Below, in pieces: positions 48,742 to 57,497 of a stretch of 64,000 nt of DNA. The stretch's first letter is position 1. The number at the start of each line of letters is the position of its first letter. Source of the stretch: an uncultured delta proteobacterium (GTDB taxonomy: Bacteria; Desulfobacterota; BSN033; UBA1163); assembly GCA_963827685.1 (NCBI GenBank), contig CAWHBU010000001.1:32001-96000 (forward strand). The letters are read 5' to 3'. The position numbers and the translations under genes were made by a program. The notes beneath the pieces were generated by a model. It saw only the letters and a program-made list of their open reading frames with translations. It was not told where the DNA came from and did no database searches.

Positions 48742-50556
48742 ATGGAGAAAAGCATGACGCTCGGAGACTACGAAGATAGTGTCGTTCTTTATGATGCCAA
48801 TCATCAAAAGTGGTTGCTCTTCTGCCGTCCGCTAAAGATTTATGTTGCGCACAGCTTGGAATCGGTCGTAAACATCTTGCGGGCAGTTGAGCACCAGGTC
48901 ACCGTCAACCACCTCCATGCGGCCGGATTCATCGCATACGAGGCCGGCCCCGCCTTTGACCCGGCTCTCGTTGTCCGATCGCCGGGGGCTTTTCCGCTCC
49001 TGTGGTTTGGAATCTATCGCGAGCCTGAGCAGATATCTTTCCCGCCTCTGCCACGAGAGGACTTGGCGAACATTTTCTGGAAGCCATCCGTTTCGGAGAA
49101 GGAATATCGGCTCTCGCTTAGCAAGATTAAAGAATATATCCAGGCCGGAGACACCTATCAGGTAAACTATACCTTTCGCCTTCGGGCTCCCTTTTCTGAG
49201 GATCCCTGGAGGTTGTTCGTGCAAATGGTCCACGCTCAAGGTTACGGTTACGGAGCCTTTGTGAATACTGAAGGGTGGACGATCTGTTCCGCTTCGCCCG
49301 AACTGTTTTTTACACTTGAAGCCGAGGAGTTGAGTTCCCGACCTATGAAAGGAACCGTATCGAGAGGGCTGACACAGGCCGAGGATCTTGAACATGCGAA
49401 CTGGCTGCAACGCTCTGAGAAAAACAGGGCCGAAAACGTGATGATCGTTGACATGGTGCGCAACGACATGGGGCGGATTGCCGAAGTTGGGAGTGTGGAG
49501 GTGCCAAGCCTTTTTGATATCGAGAAATATCTGACCCTGTGGCAGATGACGAGCACGGTCGACTGTAGAACCAAGGCGAGCATGACGGATATCTTCCGTG
49601 CCTTGTTTCCGGCAGCCTCAATTACCGGTGCCCCAAAGGTCCGGACGATGCAAATCATTGCGGAGCTCGAAAACGCGCCCCGAAGGATCTATACTGGCAC
49701 GATTGGATTTTTTTCCCCTGGACGAAAGGCGCAGTTCAACATGGCCATCAGAACCGTTCTGGTGGACAGGCTTAGCCATACGTCCGAATACGGTGTAGGG
49801 GGTGGTATCGTTTGGGATTCGGAAAAGGCCGACGAGCTACAAGAGTGCTACACGAAGGCCAGAATCCTGGTCCAACCGACTCCGGACTTCGCCTTGTTGG
49901 AGACAATCCTGCGGACGCCCCAAGACGGATATTTTTTGCTCGACGATCACCTGACTCGTTTGCGTGACCCGTCCGCCTATTTCTCTCACCCTGTCGATAT
50001 GGAGACAATCCGTGAGAAACTGAATGTTCTGGCACGTGAACTGCCCCCTCGCCCGCACAGAATACGTTTAGTGGTGCCGCAGGAGAATGAGCCAATGTTG
50101 GAGGCTCATGTACTATTGTCCCCTCCTCAGCCCTACCGCATCCGGCTTGCCAAGAGGCCCATCAACTCAAAGGATCCTTTTCTATACCACAAGACAACCC
50201 ATCGGCGTGTCTATGAGCAGGCCTTGGCAGAGTCGCCCGGATGCGATGATGTTCTGCTCTGGAATGAAAAAAAGGAGGTGACCGAATCCTGCATTGCAAA
50301 TGTGTTGGTGGAAATGGATGGCAAGTTTCTAACTCCTCCTGTGCACTGCGGCCTCCTTCCAGGGACGTATCGATCCCTTTTGCTCAAACAGGATAAGGTC
50401 AGGGAAGAGATTATCCATGTTCAGGACTTACGCCGATGCTCCGGAATTTACCTGGTCAACTCAGTACGTGGAATGTGGGAGGTCTCGCTCGAACTGAAGA
50501 GGACGGAGTCTGGGGAACAAAACGACGCAGAACAAAGCGCCCCAGCCAACGGTTAA
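48742..50556 (+). CDS. pabB: aminodeoxychorismate synthase component I fused to class IV aminotransferase-like (PabC) domain
   Basis: GDTYQVN, SASPELF, RPMKGT, AENVMIVD..RND, SITGAPK; C-terminal HKTT..R, GLLPG..R. Confidence 0.9.
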   Translation: MEKSMTLGDYEDSVVLYDANHQKWLLFCRPLKIYVAHSLESVVNILRAVEHQVTVNHLHAAGFIAYEAGPAFDPALVVRSPGAFPLLWFGIYREPEQISFPPLPREDLANIFWKPSVSEKEYRLSLSKIKEYIQAGDTYQVNYTFRLRAPFSEDPWRLFVQMVHAQGYGYGAFVNTEGWTICSASPELFFTLEAEELSSRPMKGTVSRGLTQAEDLEHANWLQRSEKNRAENVMIVDMVRNDMGRIAEVGSVEVPSLFDIEKYLTLWQMTSTVDCRTKASMTDIFRALFPAASITGAPKVRTMQIIAELENAPRRIYTGTIGFFSPGRKAQFNMAIRTVLVDRLSHTSEYGVGGGIVWDSEKADELQECYTKARILVQPTPDFALLETILRTPQDGYFLLDDHLTRLRDPSAYFSHPVDMETIREKLNVLARELPPRPHRIRLVVPQENEPMLEAHVLLSPPQPYRIRLAKRPINSKDPFLYHKTTHRRVYEQALAESPGCDDVLLWNEKKEVTESCIANVLVEMDGKFLTPPVHCGLLPGTYRSLLLKQDKVREEIIHVQDLRRCSGIYLVNSVRGMWEVSLELKRTESGEQNDAEQSAPANG

Positions 50557-50583
50557 AGCGGCGGCTGGGCTTTAGCGATACAA
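50527..50583 (+). other. attC-like site with canonical box geometry (57 bp), R' mutated
   Basis: GCAGAAC-aaagc-GCCCCAGC-17 nt-GCTGGGC-tttagc-GATACAA. Confidence 0.7.
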
Positions 50584-50585
50584 TA

Positions 50586-50721
50586 GCGAAGCTCCCCGCC
50601 CATAGGCGGGGCTTCCCGGGCACGCAGTGGCGAGCGGGTTGTGAGCAAAGGTATTTTCATTTTATGTTGTGCCCCTTGACCCCGCCTACAAGGCGGGGCT
50701 TGCGGGGCACTTGCCGGTCAA
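50586..50721 (+). mobile_element. palindromic mini-element M, long form
   Basis: gcgaagctccccgcccataggcggggctt...gggcacttgccggtcaa; colinear with 20734-20891. Confidence 0.7.
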
Positions 50722-50728
50722 GGAGGAT

Positions 50729-51082
50729 ATGATGAAGATTCTAAAGTATTCCGAAGTCAAACCGACTCATTTTGAAAGTGCGGAAGCGAAAGGAGTCGCT
50801 GGACGCGTTGTGGTTGGCAAGAATGATGGTGCGAATAATTTTTGTATGCGAGTGTTTGAGATTTCTGCTGGAGGACATACGCCAAAGCATTCGCACGATT
50901 GGGAACATGAGATGTTCATCCATTCAGGGGAAGGCGAAATTTATGGCAATGGTCAATGGACCCCGGTGAAATCCGGTAATGCTATTTTTGTACCCAGCAA
51001 TGAAGAACATCAAATACGAAACCGTGGTAAGGAATTATTAGTTGTGGTTTGTCTTGTCCCATCGAAAGCCCCTGAACTCTGA
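50729..51082 (+). CDS. cupin domain protein
   Basis: HTPKHSHDWEHE..GEG, EEHQ. Confidence 0.9.
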   Translation: MMKILKYSEVKPTHFESAEAKGVAGRVVVGKNDGANNFCMRVFEISAGGHTPKHSHDWEHEMFIHSGEGEIYGNGQWTPVKSGNAIFVPSNEEHQIRNRGKELLVVVCLVPSKAPEL

Positions 51083-51140
51083 ATAAACAGAGCCGGGTTA
51101 ATCTTCGAAACCGGGAATGATGAACGTATTAGATAGAAGT

Positions 51141-51198
51141 GTTTAACCGGTTGGAGTCGGACGTGGTAAACTGCGCCACTCGATCAGGGACATTAGGC
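51141..51198 (+). other. degenerate attC-like site
   Basis: GTTTAAC-cggttggagtcggac...gccactcga...ATTAGGC. Confidence 0.55.
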
Positions 51199-51918
51199 AT
51201 GAGAAGAAGGATGGAGGAGTCCAACAGAGCAACGGCGCGAGAAATCGCAAACCGGTATCTGTCCAAAGGTGACGCTTTGGGATGGTTCGAGGAACTCTAT
51301 GCCCAAGCCAACGGTGATGCCTCAGTCATACCATGGGCAGATTTGATGCCGAATCCCAATCTGGTGACTTGACTTGACAACCACTGGATCAGCGGGGCTG
51401 GGAAGAAAGCGCTCAAGATAGGCTGCGGATTGGGTGACGATGTCGAGGAACTGGCACGCAGGGGATTTGACACAACGGCCTTCGACATATCTTCGACGGC
51501 CATTGCTTGGTGCCAACGCAGATTCCCTGGGACTTCGGTTCACTATGTGATCGCGGATCTGTTCACAGCTCCCCAGAACTGGCGAGGTGCTTTCGATTTC
51601 GTCCTTGAATCGTATACACTCCAGGTTTTGCCAATCGGACTCCGACAGAAGGCAGTGGCCGAGATTGCGGGTTTCGTAAGGCCGGGAGGCACTCTGCTTG
51701 TTATTGCCAGGGGAAGAGAAAACACTGATCCCGAAGGCAAGATGCCGTGGCCTCTCACAATCGAAGACCTGAATGGACTCAAGTCGTGCGATCTGACAGA
51801 GACGGCTTTCGAAGACTACATGGATAAGGAGGAACCTTCTGTTCGCCGTTTCAGAGTTGTGTACACAAGAAAAGAGACATCCGTGCCCAACAAGACGGAT
51901 GTCGGCGCTCCGCAATAG
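51199..51918 (+). pseudogene. class I SAM methyltransferase (TPMT-like) with in-frame TGA at 51370-72
   Basis: GWFEELY..IPWA..PNPNLVT*LD..IGCGLGDD all in one frame. Confidence 0.8.
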
Positions 51919-51987
51919 CTCGGGATAGTCATTTTTAAACTGCTCCTATTTCTCGCCTGCTTGATAATAGTTGTTAGGAGCAGGAGT

Positions 51988-52379
51988 TTATTGATTCACG
52001 ATGCTCTGCAAGGCTTTTTCAATATCTGGATATTGAAAAACAAAACCGTTCTCCAGCAACCTTCGCGGGATGACTTTCTGACCTTCAAGGACGACAGATC
52101 CAAACTCTCCCAAAACCAACTTCACCATAAATCCAGGGGCTTGAATCAAAGAAAGATCGAAGTCCCTGCAAGATTGATGATGGCGTCGTGGTTCTTAGTG
52201 GCCTCCTGCCAAGGCCCCTGCTGCGTGGGATCCCCTTACAAATAGCAAATTCCCGCAGGCCCTTTCTCCGGTCCTTTTTGGGAGCGGGTCAAGATGGTCA
52301 CTTCATGCCTATCCTGGATTAATCGAGAGGTCAGTTGTGTACCCACAAAGCCTGTACCACCCGTGATCAGAATTTTCAC
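51988..52379 (-). pseudogene. TIGR01777-type NAD-dependent epimerase remnant (nonsense codon plus large internal deletion)
   Basis: MKILITGGTGFVG..IINLAG joined to C-terminal ..LGEFGSVVLEGQKVIPRRLLENGFVFQYP. Confidence 0.8.
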
Positions 52380-52430
52380 TAAACACCACCTTTCTGTTTA
52401 GAAAACCTAAGGATCTTATTCAGTTCATTT

Positions 52431-52817
52431 CTATTTTTTATCACCGATCAGGGGCAGTACTTTATCAACACGAAAATAGACAAGGTACCTAATCTCGTTT
52501 TGATAAACGTCGTAAACCGGACAGCTCTCCCTTCGGCGGATCTTGTCAATGAGGACTCTGTCCTTTTCTTCCTTAATTTTTGTTAGATAAAGTCTCTTGC
52601 CAGCATATCTTTCCTTGGATTCCATAAAAAGATAGGAAGCATAAGGATTTGACTGAAGATTCTTATGCATCAAACGGTCTGCCATGATAAACGCTACGGT
52701 TTTCTCATTAAGGAAATGAGGCCTTCCATAGACAGCCGTGCCCACTTTTCCTTTTGAATCTGAAGTAGCCATCACCCCTCGGCCTTTGGTTTTTTCAAAA
52801 TATTCGCTCAGTTTCAT
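52431..52817 (-). CDS. pyridoxamine 5'-phosphate oxidase-family FMN-binding protein
   Basis: MATSD..G, NLQSNP, VLPL. Confidence 0.8.
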   Translation of the reverse strand: MKLSEYFEKTKGRGVMATSDSKGKVGTAVYGRPHFLNEKTVAFIMADRLMHKNLQSNPYASYLFMESKERYAGKRLYLTKIKEEKDRVLIDKIRRRESCPVYDVYQNEIRYLVYFRVDKVLPLIGDKK

Positions 52818-52958
52818 TTCTATGTCTACTTAAGATTATCTCAACCTAATTTTAATATAGTAACGACCCTACCAGAATGCAAATTAAGGAAACAGCCAGC
52901 TAACCAAATGATGACATCGTATTGGGTTGAATAGAAAAAAATGAATGGGGAAGGAATC

Positions 52959-53546
52959 TTAAGTGCTTCTTGGGGATGTGATTAAGTCCAAAAACTGTTT
53001 CAGGATCCGAGCGGTTGCTCCCCAGATGATATGTTTTCCATACTGATAGGTATAGACGACCTCCTTCTGACTACCTCGGAAGATCTCCTTTTCACTGGTA
53101 CAATTATCGCCGAGTAAGAACGACAGAGGCACTTCAATCAATTCCGCAATCTCCACCTCGCTTACCTTAAATGGATAAGGATAGGGGAAGAGACCAACAA
53201 TTGGGGTAACAATAAATTCGGTAATTGTCACAATATCATCTAATACCCCAATGATCTGAACATCACTCTCCCTGAGCCCGATCTCCTCAAAAGCCTCCCG
53301 GAGTGCCGTATTGATCAATTCCGAATCTTCTTCATCAACGACCCCTCCGGGGAAGGAGATCTCGCCTTTGTGATACCTGACCTGATCAGATCTCTTGGTG
53401 AAGAGAAGGTGACAATCCTCTGCCTTCTTAAAAAGGGGGACAAGAACCGCCGCATGGGAAAATGGGGGATGTTCAATCACCCTTCTCTGTCTTGAAGAGA
53501 GAGTGGTCCGTATCTGATCAATAAAATCTCTTTCGCAGTAGTTCAT
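52959..53546 (-). CDS. CoA pyrophosphatase (Nudix, NudL-like)
   Basis: AAVLVPL, H.GEISFPGG, ALREAFEEIG, IWGATA. Confidence 0.92.
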   Translation of the reverse strand: MNYCERDFIDQIRTTLSSRQRRVIEHPPFSHAAVLVPLFKKAEDCHLLFTKRSDQVRYHKGEISFPGGVVDEEDSELINTALREAFEEIGLRESDVQIIGVLDDIVTITEFIVTPIVGLFPYPYPFKVSEVEIAELIEVPLSFLLGDNCTSEKEIFRGSQKEVVYTYQYGKHIIWGATARILKQFLDLITSPRST

Positions 53547-53625
53547 GTCAAAATGTAGCGTCGGCATTGATTGCCGACGGGTCTTTCATCGTCCTCAGTA
53601 AATGAGGGCGCTACAATGTGGTTAT

Positions 53626-54186
53626 CTAAAGTTCTTTTAGAAACTCATCAAGGGTCATAATCTTTAATAAAGGATAGAGGGCAAAATCTCGATAGAGGTT
53701 GAGGCATCCTTGATGAAATTCTTTGTTTCGGCTGGCTGAGCAATCTTCTAAAAGAATGGCTGAAAAATCGTGACTTAGGCCATCCATCGCCGTCATCAAT
53801 ACACAGACCTCAGTTGTAATGCCTGTCACGATGATCGTGTCCACACCGAGGACTCGAAGCGTCTGGTCCAGGTCGGTTTTGAAGAAAGCACTAAACCGCC
53901 TCTTGGGTAAAATAATATCTGTCGGCTCCGGCCTTAAAGCATCTACAACCTCCGCACCTTCTGTTCCCCGGAGGGAATGGACTTTCATCTTTCCTCTAAA
54001 AATGAAATCCCCTTCCAGAAAACTGTCGCAGGCAAAGACGATGGGAAATCCCCTTTTTCGGCCCTCTTTTAAGAGTCTCTGAAGATTTGGTATGATGGCC
54101 ATTCCCTCTTGATAGTACGGGTTCCGAGAACTTTCCTTCAAATTATCTTTCAACATGTCCACGACAATGATTGCCGGTTTCATCAA
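53626..54186 (-). CDS. isochorismatase-family cysteine hydrolase
   Basis: VVDM, KRRFSAF, TGITTEVCV. Confidence 0.9.
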   Translation of the reverse strand: MMKPAIIVVDMLKDNLKESSRNPYYQEGMAIIPNLQRLLKEGRKRGFPIVFACDSFLEGDFIFRGKMKVHSLRGTEGAEVVDALRPEPTDIILPKRRFSAFFKTDLDQTLRVLGVDTIIVTGITTEVCVLMTAMDGLSHDFSAILLEDCSASRNKEFHQGCLNLYRDFALYPLLKIMTLDEFLKEL

Positions 54187-54271
54187 TTCTCCTTAATATA
54201 AAATAACGTGACTGTGTCCGTGCCTGCGCGCTGTAGCGCTTCGGCGCGCAAGCGTGTCTCGTGTCCGAAAT

Positions 54272-55042
54272 TTACAATAGTCTATATACGCGGAGGGCAT
54301 TTTCTGTTGTTATCTCAGCAACCTTTTCAAAAGAAACCTTCTTGACCTCTGCCACTTTTTGTGCCGTATATCGAATATAACTTGGTTCATTCCTCTTCCC
54401 TCGATAAGGGACAGGGGTTAGGAAGGGAGCATCTGTTTCGACGAGAAGCGATTCCAACGGAATTCTCTCGACGATCTCCCTAAAACGCTCTGCATTCTTA
54501 AAAGTGATGCTTCCCGGAATCGAGATATAGAATCCCATGTCCATGCAGACCTTCGCCATCTCATAATCCCCAGAAAAACAGTGGATGATCCCTCCGCATT
54601 CCTCAGCCTTTTCAGATTTCAAAACCTCCAGCGCCTGCTGATGCGCCTCCCGATCGTGAACCACAATGGGTAGCCCTAACTCCTTGGCTAAACCGATCTG
54701 TTCTCTGAATCTCTTCAATTGGATGTCTCGTGGCGAGAGGTTTCTGAAAAAATCCAGGCCAATCTCACCATAGGCCTTCACTTTTCCATTTTGGCAGAGT
54801 TCTTTGAGCATCGGATAGGTCTGGTCATCGATCTCCTTTGCATTGTGGGGATGAACCCCCAAAATGGCATAGACCGAAGGGTGTGAATCGGCAATCTCAA
54901 GGGCCCTCTTCCAATCCTTCTTCTCCGTTCCAACCGTGAAGATATATTCCACTCCTGATGCTTTCGCCCTCTGGATCACTGCCTCCAGATCCTTCTTGAA
55001 CTCTGGCATTTCTAAATGGGCATGGGAATCAATGAGCATCAT
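54272..55042 (-). CDS. tatD: TatD family hydrolase
   Basis: DSHAH, GVHPH, GEIGLD, HDREA, HCFSG, ETDAP. Confidence 0.95.
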   Translation of the reverse strand: MMLIDSHAHLEMPEFKKDLEAVIQRAKASGVEYIFTVGTEKKDWKRALEIADSHPSVYAILGVHPHNAKEIDDQTYPMLKELCQNGKVKAYGEIGLDFFRNLSPRDIQLKRFREQIGLAKELGLPIVVHDREAHQQALEVLKSEKAEECGGIIHCFSGDYEMAKVCMDMGFYISIPGSITFKNAERFREIVERIPLESLLVETDAPFLTPVPYRGKRNEPSYIRYTAQKVAEVKKVSFEKVAEITTENALRVYRLL

Positions 55043-55175
55043 GCTTTTGTAAAAATAACGCGACCGTGTCCGTGTTACGTGTCCGTTTAAACTGAAATTT
55101 AAATTTATTTCATGACTGTTGAGGAAAAAATTTCAAATCCCCCATTCTCCCTTTGATAAAGGGGGTAAGGGCGGA

Positions 55176-55748
55176 TTATTTCTTACTGCCGGTGATTTTC
55201 ACTTGATTGAAATAATCCACGAACGCTTTAGCGACCTCTTTTGATCGAACAAGAATAGAAGCCTCGTTGTTGTTGGTCAGGGCATAGTAAGTCCAATTCG
55301 TGCTGCCCAGAAGGCTGAGCTGTCCATCGACCACCATTAATTTAGCATGAGTGGTTTTAGAAAGAGAATCATAGATGACCTCCACCCCGCCTTCAGATAA
55401 GATCTTTCCCGTATGACGATTTCGTTTGGTCGTTCGATCCTCTCCCTCTTTTACTTCCAAGATCACCTCCACCTTCACACCTCGTTTCTTTGCGCTGATC
55501 AATTCTTTGATGAGAAGGTTTGAGGGAGTATTCGGATGCTCATCGTAGTACCCCATTTCAAACATCATCACCTGAAGGGAATGTCTGGCCTCTTGGATCA
55601 TTTTCTTTGCAGCGTGAAAGTATTGAGCATCCAACACCAACTGGACATCCTCTGCTGGAAGACTAAAAGCATATGGAGTGTAGAAAGTGGAAAGCAAAAA
55701 AAAGAATAAAACAGTTAAGATGATTTTTTTCATTTCATCATACGCCAA
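55176..55748 (-). CDS. phospholipase D-family protein (single HKD, Nuc-like)
   Basis: THAKLMVVD..GSTNW..NNEA; signal peptide. Confidence 0.88.
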   Translation of the reverse strand: MAYDEMKKIILTVLFFFLLSTFYTPYAFSLPAEDVQLVLDAQYFHAAKKMIQEARHSLQVMMFEMGYYDEHPNTPSNLLIKELISAKKRGVKVEVILEVKEGEDRTTKRNRHTGKILSEGGVEVIYDSLSKTTHAKLMVVDGQLSLLGSTNWTYYALTNNNEASILVRSKEVAKAFVDYFNQVKITGSKK

Positions 55749-55750
55749 TA

Positions 55751-56752
55751 TTACAACAATTCCCCCTCCCCTTTTTCCCCTCCCACCAAGGGAGGGGAGG
55801 TTATGGATTGACTGGCGCGCCGGAGACGGTCCATGATCGCCCGGCCTAATCCAATTTCCGGAATAGGCTTGGCCACAATGAGATCTAAATTCAACGCATC
55901 CAGCCGCCGGATGGCTGCAAACAAATTGGCCGCTGCTTCTCTGAGATCCCCTTTCGTTGAAAGAACCTCTACAGAATGGAATTTAAGATTATTCTTGGGT
56001 TCCTGCAGGACCAACAAACCAATATTTTTATCTTTATAGAGATCGAGGCTCTTCTCACTCCAATCGAGAACGATTGGTGTTCGAGGAGCGTAGTGCTTCG
56101 GCAACATTCCAGGGGCAGAGGGTCTTTCTTCGATGGGGCTGATCTCAACCTCCCCAATGACGGATTCGATCTCCTCCAGCGATACCCCACCCGGCCTTAA
56201 CAACCTGGGCTTCTCTTCTAAAAAAGAGAGGATGGTAGATTCTACTCCCACGGGACAGGGTCCTCCGTCCAGAATGAGATCAACCTGGTCACCCAGTTGA
56301 TCTCGAACATGCTCAGCCGTTGTCGGGCTCAAATAGCCGAAGGGATTGGCACTCGGTGCGGCAATGGGACATTTGCATTCTTTGATCAAAGCGAGAGCCA
56401 TGGGATGATTGGGCATACGAATGGCTACCGTAGGAAGGCCGGCGCTCACAATATCAGGAATGTCTTCTTCCTTTAAAAGAACAACCGTGAGCGGCCCAGG
56501 CCAGAATCTTTCTATCAATTTCGTGGCGTTTGATGGAATTTCTTTGGCTAACTCTTCCACGTTGGATGGATTGGCGACATGAACGATCAAGGGGTCAAAA
56601 TAGGGCCTTCTTTTGACCTCAAAGATCCGAGCTACGGCAAGAGGATGAAACGCATCCGCTCCCAAACCATAAACCGTCTCCGTGGGAAAGGCAACAATCC
56701 CTCCCCTTCGGATGATCTCTGCGGCCCGGTGGATTGCCTGATTATCACTCAT
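55751..56752 (-). CDS. sua5: L-threonylcarbamoyladenylate synthase (Sua5/TsaC2)
   Basis: FPTETVYGLG, K.RP, PSAN, ESTI, PGM..HYAP. Confidence 0.95.
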   Translation of the reverse strand: MSDNQAIHRAAEIIRRGGIVAFPTETVYGLGADAFHPLAVARIFEVKRRPYFDPLIVHVANPSNVEELAKEIPSNATKLIERFWPGPLTVVLLKEEDIPDIVSAGLPTVAIRMPNHPMALALIKECKCPIAAPSANPFGYLSPTTAEHVRDQLGDQVDLILDGGPCPVGVESTILSFLEEKPRLLRPGGVSLEEIESVIGEVEISPIEERPSAPGMLPKHYAPRTPIVLDWSEKSLDLYKDKNIGLLVLQEPKNNLKFHSVEVLSTKGDLREAAANLFAAIRRLDALNLDLIVAKPIPEIGLGRAIMDRLRRASQSITSPPLVGGEKGEGELL

Positions 56753-56907
56753 TAGATTCTCACATGTTTAAGTCTAAGAATTTTCTTCTAAGAATTAGAA
56801 ACAAGTTCTCGCCAAAAAATCTCCCCTCCCCTCGGTTTCGAGTCGCAACGACTGGCGGGAGGGGACAAAGGGGAGGGGTAGCTAAGGAAAATTTCAAATA
56901 TGTTGGA

Positions 56908-57405
56908 CTATGGTTTTTTCTTTTTTATGGCTTTTGACTTTTCTGCAAAGGACCTCTTCATCTTAGATCTGAAATCCTCCAACTTTTTTGCCAAATCGGG
57001 GTATTTAATTGAAAGGATTTCACAGGCGAGATAGGCTGCATTCTTTGCGCCGTCAATTCCTACAGTGGCGACTGGAACTCCGGGGGGCATTTGGACCGTG
57101 GAGTAGAGGGCATCCGCACCATTGAGCGCCCCTGATTTGATGGGAACACCGATGACAGGGAGAGTGGTATGGCTGGCTAATGCTCCCGCAAGATGGGCTG
57201 CCATCCCGGCCCCTGCAATCAATACCTCGATTCCACGTTTCCTCGCTGTCTTGGCATAATGAGCTGTCTTTTCAGGGAGTCGATGGGCTGAGCTGATTTC
57301 GAATTCATAGGGAATACCCATCTCTTTTAAAACTTCTGCTGCCTTTTCCATGATCGGCAGATCGCTCTCACTTCCCATCAGAATTCCAACCAACGGCTTT
57401 TTCAT
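56908..57405 (-). CDS. purE: N5-CAIR mutase
   Basis: [36 protein letters not shown]. Confidence 0.96.
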   Translation of the reverse strand: MKKPLVGILMGSESDLPIMEKAAEVLKEMGIPYEFEISSAHRLPEKTAHYAKTARKRGIEVLIAGAGMAAHLAGALASHTTLPVIGVPIKSGALNGADALYSTVQMPPGVPVATVGIDGAKNAAYLACEILSIKYPDLAKKLEDFRSKMKRSFAEKSKAIKKKKP

Positions 57406-57497
57406 AAAAACCCCCTCCCCCATCACCCCTTGCCTCTCCTCCAAGGGGGATGGATGGGTGATGGGAAATTCGAATATCAAAATTCGAAATCCGAAAC

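Noticed and set aside
51370-51372. In-frame TGA as selenocysteine or recoded Trp
   Set aside because: The context suggests a Trp codon (TGG to TGA), other genes use TGA as stop, and no convincing SECIS was seen; simple nonsense mutation is more likely
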